Source of the DNA: a virus
Taxonomy: Duplodnaviria; Caudoviricetes
IMG/VR virus record: IMGVR_UViG_3300022752_000073
Location: 1 to 60,129 of that record
Strand: one strand, 5' to 3'
DNA: 60,129 nucleotides
Under the pieces are notes generated by a model. The model saw nothing but the letters and a program-made list of their open reading frames with translations, was not told the origin of the DNA and searched no databases. Below, piece after piece: positions 17,389 through 27,282 of this stretch (position 1 is its first letter; each line of letters begins with the position of its first letter). The position numbers were made by a program, and so were the translations under genes.

Positions 17389-20232
17389 ATGACAATACGG
17401 AATACCTTTCTCAACGCTGTACTTGCCTCCGAAGGTTTGTACTGTGTGGTTGGACTGAAGAAGGGTGCGCCGAGGCAAACTTTTGTAGAAACGATTGATG
17501 AGATTGATGGAGTCGTAGATGGACTTATTTCTCAGGGATATGACGCATACTTTGGATGCGCCAAATATCTTTTGGAGACTGAAGGTCGAACAGCAAAAAA
17601 CGCAAAGTGGTTCAAGGCTTTTTGGCTTGATCTAGATTGTGGAGAAAACAAACCATACGAAACACAAGCATTCGCACTGAATGCGCTCAGACTATTTGTT
17701 AAAGCAACAGGACTACCCCGACCCACTATCGTTAATTCAGGACGTGGCATACACGTTTACTGGACACTGACGGAGACCATCGGATACAACGATTGGAAAC
17801 CAACAGCCGAAGCACTTAAAAAATTCTGTGCTTCATACAATCTGTCCGCTGACCCTGCGGTCACAGCAGATGCGGCTCGAATTCTACGTGTGCCTGACAC
17901 ACTGAGCTTTAAAGATAACCCACCAAAACAAGTAGCTGTATTGGTTGAGTCGCAGCCCGTAGAGTTCTCACGCTTCAAAACGTTGATAGGTATGGAAGAA
18001 GAGGATGACGAACCTAAAGGTTTGTTTGGCTCTGACGCTCCACCACGCCGCCCAATAGATGCAACCACCCGCGCTTTGATGGGCAACAGCGTATCCCGTT
18101 TTGCAACGATTATGCGCAAAAGCGCCGAGGGCGAGGGATGTGCGCAACTGCTACGTATCTATAAAGAACAAGAGACCGTTGAAGAACCGTTGTGGAGAGC
18201 AGGGTTGTCTATTGCAGTCAACTGCGAAGACGGTGAGAAAGCAATCCATAAGATTAGCAATCAACATCCTGAATACGATCCTCAAGAAACGTTCAACAAG
18301 GCGCATGCTTTATTAGAAAAGCCCTACAAGTGCAATACGTTCTCAAGCATTAACTCCGCGCCATGCCAAGACTGTCCGAATAAAGGCAAGATTACTTCAC
18401 CGATTCAGATTGGCTCACGCATTGCAGAGGCTAAGGCAGAAGACAACATCGTTGTTATGCACAACGCTGTGCTGGAAGAAGAAGTCACGGTTGAAATCCC
18501 CGAGTACCCATACCCATATTTTCGTGGAAAAAACGGCGGGGTCTACAAACGAGGTTGGGGCAAAGACGAGAAAGGTGAAGATGAGAAAGATGAGTTGATC
18601 TACGAGTACGACTTCTACGTCGTCAAGCGATTGAATGATCCGGACACGGGAGAATCTTTGTGGATGAGACTACATATGCCCAAAGATGGAATCCGCGAAT
18701 TCTCCGCACCGCTATCCAGCGTTTTATCAAAAGACAAGTTGCGTGAAGTCTTGGCGTATCAGGGCGTAACCGCATACAACAAAAGATTGGATTTACTTAT
18801 GGGATACATCACTAAGTGGGTGCAAGAACTTCAGCACCTGTCAGAAGCAGAAAAAGCACGTCAGCAGTTTGGTTGGCATGAGGAAGACACCAAGTTCATC
18901 GTGGGCAACCGTGAGATCACAGCATCGGGCGTGAACTACAGCCCATCATCAAACGCCACTGCGGAGACCGCTAGTTTCTATACCAAGAAAGGCTCAGTTG
19001 CTGAATGGAAAAAGGTTGCCAACATCTACGCCACTGCCGGAAATGAAGTCCGTGCGTTCACACTTTTTGCAGGGTTTGGCTCAGCGTTGTACAAGTTCAC
19101 CAAACTTAACGGCTCTATCATTCACCTGACCAACAACGGCTCCGGTGTAGGTAAGACAACTATTCAGTTGTTGGTCAACAGCATTTGGGGTAGGCCAGTT
19201 GAACCCTTGATGAATCAAGAAGACAAGTACTTGGCACGTATGCACCGTATCTCAGTGCTGGGCAATATACCCCCTACTATTGATGAGTTGACCAACATGG
19301 CTGACGAGGAAGTCAGTGCGATGGCTTACGCTATCACGCACGGGCGCGGTCGTAACCGTATGCAGTCACAGTCAAATGCGGAACGTAGCAATTCATTGCG
19401 CTGGTATTTGATTGCGATTACATCAGGCAACAAAAGTTTGTACGATCAGTTGTACAACCTCAAAGATTTTCCGGAGGGCGAACTGATGCGGGTACTGGAG
19501 TTTGCGGTTGCCAAAAACGACAACTTGAGCAAAGCTGAATCTGACGCGATGTTCAACCCCATGTACGAGAACTACGGTGTAGCTGGCGAGATCTTCATTC
19601 GATATGTGATTGCCAATCTACCGGAAGTTCAACGTCTGCTGAATGCAATTCAGCGCAAGTTTGACAAAGCCGCAGGGTTTACCCAACGTGAACGGTTTTG
19701 GTCAGCAACAGCGGCATGTGCTCTTACATCCGGCATCATCGCCAAGAAGTTAGGCTTACATGATATTGACGTATCGGCAGTCTATAAATGGGCGGTTGAA
19801 ACTTTAAGCCGTATGCGGGTTGAAGTGCGCTCTGATGGCATGACTCCTTTGAGCCGTATCGGTATGTTCTTGAACGAAAAGAACAACAACATGTTGATCA
19901 TCAACAGCACAGTGGATAAGCGTTCAGGATTACACGAAGCGCCAATACGTGAACCCCGTGGGGAGCTGATGACGCGCTTTGAACCTGACAAGAAGCTGCT
20001 CTTTATATCTACCAAAGCCCTGCGGGAGTGGTGTAGTGAGAACCAAATTTCTTACAAAATGTTGTGTGAAGACTTGCAGAAGAACCGAATTACTACGGGT
20101 GTGATTAAAAAGAGTCTGTCCAAAGGCTCGGACATTACGACCCCCTCAGTGTTTTCACTGGTGATTGACTGCTCTGTTGCTACTGAACTTGATCCGGAAG
20201 TAGAGATTACTACCGATGACAATAACGGCTGA
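17389..20232 (+). CDS. Primase-helicase (AEP/RepB-like primase + DUF927 + P-loop)
   Basis: WLDLD, SGRGIHVYW, ARILRVP, Cys cluster, Walker A GSGVGKTT, IDE and G.GR.R. Confidence 0.88.
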   Translation: MTIRNTFLNAVLASEGLYCVVGLKKGAPRQTFVETIDEIDGVVDGLISQGYDAYFGCAKYLLETEGRTAKNAKWFKAFWLDLDCGENKPYETQAFALNALRLFVKATGLPRPTIVNSGRGIHVYWTLTETIGYNDWKPTAEALKKFCASYNLSADPAVTADAARILRVPDTLSFKDNPPKQVAVLVESQPVEFSRFKTLIGMEEEDDEPKGLFGSDAPPRRPIDATTRALMGNSVSRFATIMRKSAEGEGCAQLLRIYKEQETVEEPLWRAGLSIAVNCEDGEKAIHKISNQHPEYDPQETFNKAHALLEKPYKCNTFSSINSAPCQDCPNKGKITSPIQIGSRIAEAKAEDNIVVMHNAVLEEEVTVEIPEYPYPYFRGKNGGVYKRGWGKDEKGEDEKDELIYEYDFYVVKRLNDPDTGESLWMRLHMPKDGIREFSAPLSSVLSKDKLREVLAYQGVTAYNKRLDLLMGYITKWVQELQHLSEAEKARQQFGWHEEDTKFIVGNREITASGVNYSPSSNATAETASFYTKKGSVAEWKKVANIYATAGNEVRAFTLFAGFGSALYKFTKLNGSIIHLTNNGSGVGKTTIQLLVNSIWGRPVEPLMNQEDKYLARMHRISVLGNIPPTIDELTNMADEEVSAMAYAITHGRGRNRMQSQSNAERSNSLRWYLIAITSGNKSLYDQLYNLKDFPEGELMRVLEFAVAKNDNLSKAESDAMFNPMYENYGVAGEIFIRYVIANLPEVQRLLNAIQRKFDKAAGFTQRERFWSATAACALTSGIIAKKLGLHDIDVSAVYKWAVETLSRMRVEVRSDGMTPLSRIGMFLNEKNNNMLIINSTVDKRSGLHEAPIREPRGELMTRFEPDKKLLFISTKALREWCSENQISYKMLCEDLQKNRITTGVIKKSLSKGSDITTPSVFSLVIDCSVATELDPEVEITTDDNNG

Positions 20233-20419
20233 TACTGTACCAGTTGCTATAGAATGGCACAAATTTGTAGTGGGTAGTTCCTTCTATATACCGTGCTTGG
20301 ATCGTCAAGGTATTTCTAATCAAGTTGTTGCCTACGCTAAAGATCGAGGCATGAAAATTAAATTCCGTTTTGTTTTGGAAAGAGGCACCCAAGGAGTGAG
20401 ATTCTGGCGGATCACTTAA
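20216..20419 (+). CDS. Small putative DNA-binding protein
   Basis: VGSSFYIPC...GVRFWRI. Confidence 0.7.
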   Translation: MTITADTVPVAIEWHKFVVGSSFYIPCLDRQGISNQVVAYAKDRGMKIKFRFVLERGTQGVRFWRIT

Positions 20420-20439
20420 CATTGTGCTAGAGTTCGCCC

Positions 20440-20511
20440 TAGCAACTTTGTTACTCTCTCCTTTGGGTTGCTATCTCCTTGAACCCCGACTTCGGTCGGG
20501 GTCTTTTTTTT
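20440..20511 (+). ncRNA. Candidate anti-RBS small RNA ending in a terminator
   Basis: Hairpin TAGCAACTT/GGGTTGCTA with a CU-rich loop complementary to early RBSs; extended -10 TGCTAGAGT upstream. Confidence 0.65.
20483..20511 (+). terminator. Rho-independent terminator at the convergence of the two arms
   Basis: ACCCCGAC-TTCG-GTCGGGGT followed by CTTTTTTTT. Confidence 0.9.
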
Positions 20512-23500
20512 AATCACCGTATGCTTCAGCGGCAGCTTGCTTCAAGTAAGGTGCCAGTTTGCGGTCAAGCTGTACACCATGGTGCATCTCATTCGTAATA
20601 CGATCTCTCGCTTTTACTGACTGAGTGATTGTGTTTTCACTGATCTTCAGTTCAGGATACTTAGCACCAAGCTCAAACAACTTCTCACGTGCCTCCATCA
20701 TGCCGTCGATGTCACCTTCACGCATCGCCGCATAGTATTTCTTCAGTGCGTTCTTCTCGATAGACTTGATCGCTTTACCTTTCTCGGTCATGTACGCATT
20801 TTCTTCGTACTGTTTCATCAGGTCAGCAGGAGCAAAGCCAAGCACTTGCATCGCGGCGTTGTAGCCGTTCACATCCCCAACCGTATCACCACGTAGAGTG
20901 TTAGCGCCTTCAACTGCATAACGACCACCCTTCAAGATGTTGCGCAACCCCACGGGTAGCATGGCTTCGATGCCACGTTCCATCTGACCTTCGGCAATCA
21001 GATCTTTTGCACGGAACAAGCTGTCAACAATTGAGTATGGAGCACCCAGTGCGCTTTCAAGAATTTGAGCTAAAGCACTAGCATCAGCCTTACTACCTTT
21101 TTGCTCACGCCACAACAAGTCAGTCCAGCCCACACGATCCGCTATGCTCAGATTGGTGAAGTAGTTGACTGGGCCTTTGTAAAAGAAATCCCCAAGGAAT
21201 TCACGCATGACAGTATCAAAGTCATCGTCGTCTTTATCTTGGAACATGTTGTATGCCAACTCAGCAATCCAATACAAGGGCAAACCCTTAGCGCCAGCAA
21301 AGAGCGCAGACATGCCGTATATGCCAACAAGTTGTCTACGTGCCGCTTTGATTGCTTCAAGCTGTTCACCCGTTGCACCTTTGACGGGAAGTGAGCGCAT
21401 CATGGTGTCAAACAACATGTAGTACATGCTGAATGCGAAACGCTTAAACACCATCAAAACTTTTCCTATGTCACTCTGTCCAAGGCTTGGCCCGGCGAGC
21501 GTACTACCTGCACCGTGTGCGTACTCTACAAGAGAAAGGGCTTTTTCAATCGCTTTGGTTTGCTTTTCAGCTTCGCTCATCTTGGAGTTTTTGAGCTTAG
21601 TCATTTCCAAATCGTAAGCGGCAACGGCGGTGATTTCACGGTTCATGCGCTCAGCATGATGGAACATGAAAGAGCCTACCAAAGTTGTGTAACGCACTAG
21701 CTTGTTTGTACTGCCGTAGCCTGATGAATCGTTATTTTCAGAACGTAGCGCATCCCGTGCAGTAGAAGTTTGCAAAAGCCCACGAGCTTTCATAGTCTCA
21801 ATAAGTTCTTTGTACTGAGGAGCTTTTCCGCTGTTGACCAAGTTCTCAATAGAAGTCATGGCTTTCTGATCGCTAGACTCACCTGTCAGCTCGGCAACTT
21901 TACGAGAGAACCCGCTACCCATATAGAGCTTACGGGCGTTGTTCAGTGCTACACCCGCATTTTTAAACCCATACTCACCACCCAGTTGCGGAAAGACAAC
22001 CAACGGAGTTTGCAATACGTTAATTGCCGCAGAAGATACGTTACCTGCGAGGTTGTAGTAGAACGCGCCGGAGCTTGCGTACTGTGACCAGCTTGACAGC
22101 GTAGGTTTCATCGCAAAGTTGCGACGACCTTCAAATTCCTCTATGAGCTCACTACCATAAGTATTGACATCCCCCCGTGAGGAGTTAACTGTCTTTTCCA
22201 TCTCCCCCACAATACGTTGCAGTTCAGGGCCATACTGCATGCGTGCCAACTGACGTGCGGTGTTACTGCTCACACGGTCGAACACATAAGCGGCGTTGTC
22301 TATGTAACCACCGATACCGGTACGTTTTTGACGGCTCTTCAAAATGCTGGCTTCAGGCATAGCCTTGACAACAAGTTGTATCAAGTCGTTAATAGCGTCC
22401 TCTCCTGCACCGTTGTCCTTCATGATTTTCATGATGTCGGCAAGCATGGTGCCTGACGGTACGGTCTTGGTAGTTAGTTGGTCAGCACGAGAGTAGACAT
22501 CAATGTTTTTAGCACCATTGGCTTCCAGTTGTTTACGTGCAAAGTCACGTTCAGCCTCGGAGTCAAAAGTCTGTTTATTAGTTTCGCCATTGAGGTCGTA
22601 CTGCAACCAGAACTGGCCTTCGCGGAACAAAGGCGCATAGTGGTCAATACGTACATCAGCGAGTTCTCGCAAAATCTTTTGGTATGCAGATGCGGCTTTA
22701 TCCTTGCCATCCACCGTAGCCTCGATGTTGCGCTCCAGCGACTTCAAGAACTCCGCATCAAGAGCTTTGTAGGTGGCAAATAGATCGTGGTACAACTTCT
22801 GGCCAGTTGGTGTAAGTTTCTTAAACCGCGCATTGAGCTGTCTCCACTCGGCTTCTTTCTCAGGACTGCCTTTGTATTTGCTTAAGTCTGCTTCAGGGTT
22901 TACATCTACACGGGTAGAGTCATTCACCAAAGTAGACCATGTTTGATATTCCTCAGATTGACGGAACTTGGTCAAACGGTCGTGCAGCGGGTGCATAGCC
23001 TCAAGAAGTTTTTCTTGGTAACCCGCCATTTCTTCTACGGTATTTGCAAATCGTTTCGCACTTTCACCTAAATATCTGCTACCAACATCGCCCAAAGCAG
23101 ACAAATTCAACGACTTGTACATCAATTGGCGACCAGTCGTGCCAATTTTTTCTGCGGCTTTCCAAAACCCAACAGCACGTTCAGTGTTCATGACGGGCTG
23201 CTTGCGTATTATTTTGTTCATCTTTGTGAACATCTCTTGCACCACGTTGGGGTTGTGTAAGGATTGCGCGTACAAAGTTTCACCCGTGCGTTCGGCGGGA
23301 GGTGGGCTGATGATGTCATTGAGCATGCGGTCAATCGCATCTAATGCAGTCTCATGTTTGGGAGGCAAACGAAGCAACTGACGCACGGCGTTGACTAAAC
23401 GCTCCCAACCAGTCAGCTTCTCACCAGTAGGCTTGAACTCTTTCAAGCGGTTGCGGAACGCATCATTGCTCCACGCCTCGGCAGCGAACTCTTGTATATC

Positions 23501-26500
23501 TTGCGCACCATAAGTTCCTTCAGTGCCTTTCTTCATTTGATTGAAGAGGGTTGTGACCTGACGGGTTACGGGGTGTGACGGGTTGTCCAAAGTGTGGGAC
23601 ATGGTTGCATGTGAAGACTCATGCAGAATTTCGTACTCGGTAGCACCGTCACGCAAATAGATTGTGTTGGTTGCAGGGTCGTACCTAGAAACATCAGCGC
23701 CATACACAAGGTTCACATTGCCAACCAACTTGGACAACTGCTGTGCAAAAAGTTCTGCTGTTTTAGACGAGCCACTGTCCGCCAGTGCTTGTAACGCACC
23801 TACCAAGTTATTGTTCTCTAACTGATTTAAGGCTACCGGGTGCGCTTGCGTATGTAATGCGGCGAGGTCTGCATCGGCAAACAAGTCCGTGGTGTCAGTG
23901 TCAGCTATGTCATCCAGATCGCCCAGATCGGATTCCAACTCACGTGCAAGACGTTGTAGGTCTTTCTTACGTTTGCCTGCCAAAGTCTTCGTACCTTTGG
24001 CTTCTGCAATTTCTTCCAGTGTGGGTGCGTATTCGCCCTCTGCCTCGGCAGCGGCAGCTTCTTCAGCAACCTGCACCTTAGTAGCTTTACGCACACTTGT
24101 TTGTGCTTCTTGGCGGCGTCGAACAGCGTCAGACCTTTGCTTTTCCTTTTGGTACTGGGCAACCTTCTGATCCATAAATGCAACTGCTTCGGGGGACAAG
24201 TTGGCACGTGCCCATGCTTCGGCGTTCTTAGCGTGAATACCGCCTTGACCTTTAAAAAATGCGGCTTCTTCTTTGGTGCCAAACATTGGCTCGTTCAAAG
24301 ACTTCATCACCGAATTACGATACGCCTCGGGTTGATACACCAAGTCGTTTGCAATTGAATCAAGCGCAAGCTCAGGGACTACCTTGCCAAAGTAGGCTTT
24401 TGCATCTTTAGCTTGTTGGTCGAGCTTGACCCCACGCTGGCCTAACTTTTGATTTATAACAGGCAGTTCTGCGGACAGATTAGGACGGCTCGATGTGCCA
24501 CGGGTGGGGGTTACTGCTTTGGCTGCTGTCGTTTGTCTTTGCGTTTTTGCTTGCTTGGTTTGTGTTTCTTTGATCCCGTTTTTAGCAAGCCGTTCCATTA
24601 CCCGAGAACGGATTTCCGCATCGGTACCCACGAGCATTTCTGCGTCAATAGGCGCACCCTTTGAAAACACCATACCAGCTTCATTGGTAGCCGCATATTT
24701 CACATACCAATTACCGCTGTACGGGTTTATAGGCTCCAGCGTGAACCCACCAATTTCTTTTGGTAAAATCCGTTCCAGTATGGCCTGTTGTTCAGCAATT
24801 TCAGGGCGCACTTCAGTTTTCGCGGTAAGCGCCGGAGCTTTTTTGGTTTGCTTGGTTTTAGAGGTCGTAGTGCCACTTGGAGTTCCTTGTTGACGTTTAG
24901 CTAATTCTGCCTGTACGAGCGCATACTCGGGATCGTTGAGGTAGATATTGTTGAGTTCAACATTTAGCTGCTCATCAGACAGTTTGCTAACTGCTTCCGG
25001 TGTAACCGCTCCGCGAGTCAACTTAAATGGACTGGGCTGTTCGGTTTGTTTTTGTCCTTGCGTTTCTGTTTGGACGGTTTCAAGGGTCGTAGTGCCACTT
25101 GGGGTTCCTTTGTCAAATTGAGTATCAATAGAGCCCATAGACGGGGCCGCACGAACTACAGCGTCACGTAATCTTGCAATTGTTTCTTCAGGTTTTGCTG
25201 ACTTCTTAACTTCAAGACCAAGATCTCTAGCAATTGCGTTAATTTTGCTTGGATTTAATGGAATGCCACCTTTATCTATTGCGTCTAATAAATCTTTGGC
25301 TGACTGTACTTCTGGGGGCAATGTCAGTGCACTGGGCTGTTGTCCTTCTCCTCCAGTAGCACTTCCAGCATCCTGCTCAGTAAGAACATCTCCATCTCGT
25401 TGAGTTGTTTTAGAGGTTGTGGCAGTTCCAGCGGCAGTGGACTCGCTAACCACGCCAGTGCTTCCTCCACTTGGGGTGGTGTCAGATCTTGTAACATCAG
25501 GGGCTCCAAATGCAAAGTTTCGTGTTTGCTCTTGCTGTTTCTGTTTGGTAGGGGAAAGCGTTTCAGCTTGCATTTCAGCACGTGCAGCTTTGACTTCTTG
25601 CGGATCAAAGGTACTGATCAAATCATCGTAGGCAGCTTCATCAATCGTGCCCTTGAAGCTGGGGTTCTCTAAAGTCTGGATGAGCTTGCGGCGACCATCA
25701 ACCGTATCAAGATCAACGCCAAGCAAACTCCGGCCAAGTTCGGATCGGTGAGACACCTTAAGATTTTTTAAGGTGTCAACTGTAACTAAATCTCCGAGAG
25801 TGTTTGTAGCTACAGGGCCAAACGCAAAGTCACGTGTGGCTTGTTGCTGAGCAGCACGCTGTTGCTCCAACTCAGGTTTGAACATATCACCAGTAGTAGG
25901 CGGCACGATACTAAACGGGGCACCACGTTCACCATACCGCGCTTCGATCTTTTTGGCATCTTCGGCAGCTTGTGCGGCTTGAGCAGCGGCTACTTCCTCT
26001 TGCGCTTTGATAACTTGTTCTTGCAGGTCAGCGTAAGCAGGGGAGTCAGGACGCATCTGATCCATCCGTGCTTGGAGAGCTTTGAGGTTTTCTGCACGCT
26101 GGGTGTAGTCGGGTAGCCCTGCGAATGTTTCGCCAAGTTCAGCTTCACGTTGTTTACGTGCGTTTTCAAACGCGATGTCGTACTCAGCTTTTTTCTCTGG
26201 TGTCAGAGTGCCCGCTTTTCTTTCAGCTTCATACTGAGCCTTGAGGGCCGCTTCGGCTTCTTTGGTATCTTTAAACTCTTTACGGGCAGTCAAGCCTTGG
26301 CTTGTACCGCTGACAGTGCCAAACGCACCACCACCGATTGCACCTTTGACAAACGACTCTTTGAAACGCTGGATGTTCTCTGGGCCAAACATGTCTTTAG
26401 TGCTACCTGCAACTTGTTCTGCGGCGGCATTGATAGACTCTTGTGCGGCTTCAGTCAAACCTTCAGCCCCTGCGGTTTTAGCGGCTTCTTTGCCAATATA

Positions 26501-27280
26501 CTTCCACACTTTAGGTGCAGCACCGGAATCTTTAGCCATCTTCTCGATGACTTTTAGTTTGCCGTAACCACCCAACTCACCCAGCAGTTTGCCGGGAACA
26601 ATAGATTCCAATACAGAAGATAGACCACCGGCGAGTGCAGAAATCCCCGGCTCCATCTTGTCAGTTTCTTGATAGATGCTTTCAAATACTTCAGGTGCGT
26701 TTTGTGCAAACGAGCCAAGGTACACACCACCATACATTGCACGTTTACCAGCAGCTTCAGCGGTTTTTTCAACGGCAGCTAGACCTGCGCGGGAAACTGG
26801 GCCAGCAGCTTGAGCGGCGCGAAGGGCGCTTTGTCCGGCAAGCCTACTACCCACGGCTCCAGCACCCACACCGGGGATAAGTGCAGTCAGCGCAGTGGGG
26901 CCAAGTTCACCCAAAGTTTCTGCACCGTATTGCAGGGCTTCGTAAGGGCTTTCAATTTCAGTGTACGACTTGAACTGTGTGGGGTACTTGGCTTCTAACG
27001 CTTGACGTGAAGCAGCGGCTTCATCCATTTGGCGTTGGGCATACTCATCAAAGCCAAGCGCAGAACCAATCATAGCGGGGAGCGTGTCCCCTAAAGCGAT
27101 ACCTGTTTCCCCTAAGCCACGCATGAAACCGCGCTTGAGGAGGGTGCCAATCCCTACTTCAGGTTTTGGCAGTTTAAAATCGTACTTTTGTTGAAGCGCA
27201 GCAAGTTGCGCTTGAAACTGCTCAGGTGTTAGATCATCCCGAAAATTGACGGGGCCAAGTTTGGGCAGATTGAGGATCAT
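20510..27280 (-). CDS. Large internal virion/ejection (polyvalent) protein with zincin metallopeptidase motif
   Basis: 2256 aa, last gene of late arm; hydrophobic G/A-rich N-region; LHESSH...QEFAAEAWSN. Confidence 0.8.
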   Translation of the reverse strand: MILNLPKLGPVNFRDDLTPEQFQAQLAALQQKYDFKLPKPEVGIGTLLKRGFMRGLGETGIALGDTLPAMIGSALGFDEYAQRQMDEAAASRQALEAKYPTQFKSYTEIESPYEALQYGAETLGELGPTALTALIPGVGAGAVGSRLAGQSALRAAQAAGPVSRAGLAAVEKTAEAAGKRAMYGGVYLGSFAQNAPEVFESIYQETDKMEPGISALAGGLSSVLESIVPGKLLGELGGYGKLKVIEKMAKDSGAAPKVWKYIGKEAAKTAGAEGLTEAAQESINAAAEQVAGSTKDMFGPENIQRFKESFVKGAIGGGAFGTVSGTSQGLTARKEFKDTKEAEAALKAQYEAERKAGTLTPEKKAEYDIAFENARKQREAELGETFAGLPDYTQRAENLKALQARMDQMRPDSPAYADLQEQVIKAQEEVAAAQAAQAAEDAKKIEARYGERGAPFSIVPPTTGDMFKPELEQQRAAQQQATRDFAFGPVATNTLGDLVTVDTLKNLKVSHRSELGRSLLGVDLDTVDGRRKLIQTLENPSFKGTIDEAAYDDLISTFDPQEVKAARAEMQAETLSPTKQKQQEQTRNFAFGAPDVTRSDTTPSGGSTGVVSESTAAGTATTSKTTQRDGDVLTEQDAGSATGGEGQQPSALTLPPEVQSAKDLLDAIDKGGIPLNPSKINAIARDLGLEVKKSAKPEETIARLRDAVVRAAPSMGSIDTQFDKGTPSGTTTLETVQTETQGQKQTEQPSPFKLTRGAVTPEAVSKLSDEQLNVELNNIYLNDPEYALVQAELAKRQQGTPSGTTTSKTKQTKKAPALTAKTEVRPEIAEQQAILERILPKEIGGFTLEPINPYSGNWYVKYAATNEAGMVFSKGAPIDAEMLVGTDAEIRSRVMERLAKNGIKETQTKQAKTQRQTTAAKAVTPTRGTSSRPNLSAELPVINQKLGQRGVKLDQQAKDAKAYFGKVVPELALDSIANDLVYQPEAYRNSVMKSLNEPMFGTKEEAAFFKGQGGIHAKNAEAWARANLSPEAVAFMDQKVAQYQKEKQRSDAVRRRQEAQTSVRKATKVQVAEEAAAAEAEGEYAPTLEEIAEAKGTKTLAGKRKKDLQRLARELESDLGDLDDIADTDTTDLFADADLAALHTQAHPVALNQLENNNLVGALQALADSGSSKTAELFAQQLSKLVGNVNLVYGADVSRYDPATNTIYLRDGATEYEILHESSHATMSHTLDNPSHPVTRQVTTLFNQMKKGTEGTYGAQDIQEFAAEAWSNDAFRNRLKEFKPTGEKLTGWERLVNAVRQLLRLPPKHETALDAIDRMLNDIISPPPAERTGETLYAQSLHNPNVVQEMFTKMNKIIRKQPVMNTERAVGFWKAAEKIGTTGRQLMYKSLNLSALGDVGSRYLGESAKRFANTVEEMAGYQEKLLEAMHPLHDRLTKFRQSEEYQTWSTLVNDSTRVDVNPEADLSKYKGSPEKEAEWRQLNARFKKLTPTGQKLYHDLFATYKALDAEFLKSLERNIEATVDGKDKAASAYQKILRELADVRIDHYAPLFREGQFWLQYDLNGETNKQTFDSEAERDFARKQLEANGAKNIDVYSRADQLTTKTVPSGTMLADIMKIMKDNGAGEDAINDLIQLVVKAMPEASILKSRQKRTGIGGYIDNAAYVFDRVSSNTARQLARMQYGPELQRIVGEMEKTVNSSRGDVNTYGSELIEEFEGRRNFAMKPTLSSWSQYASSGAFYYNLAGNVSSAAINVLQTPLVVFPQLGGEYGFKNAGVALNNARKLYMGSGFSRKVAELTGESSDQKAMTSIENLVNSGKAPQYKELIETMKARGLLQTSTARDALRSENNDSSGYGSTNKLVRYTTLVGSFMFHHAERMNREITAVAAYDLEMTKLKNSKMSEAEKQTKAIEKALSLVEYAHGAGSTLAGPSLGQSDIGKVLMVFKRFAFSMYYMLFDTMMRSLPVKGATGEQLEAIKAARRQLVGIYGMSALFAGAKGLPLYWIAELAYNMFQDKDDDDFDTVMREFLGDFFYKGPVNYFTNLSIADRVGWTDLLWREQKGSKADASALAQILESALGAPYSIVDSLFRAKDLIAEGQMERGIEAMLPVGLRNILKGGRYAVEGANTLRGDTVGDVNGYNAAMQVLGFAPADLMKQYEENAYMTEKGKAIKSIEKNALKKYYAAMREGDIDGMMEAREKLFELGAKYPELKISENTITQSVKARDRITNEMHHGVQLDRKLAPYLKQAAAEAYGD

Positions 27281-27282
27281 AT

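Noticed and set aside
20210-20480. Minus-strand gene using the two SD-like sequences at 20452-20480
   Set aside because: Nearest ATG is over 30 nt away and antisense to a real gene; the nearer TTG frame is only 9 codons
21101-26998. Many + strand ORFs antisense to late genes
   Set aside because: Shadow frames of long minus-strand genes
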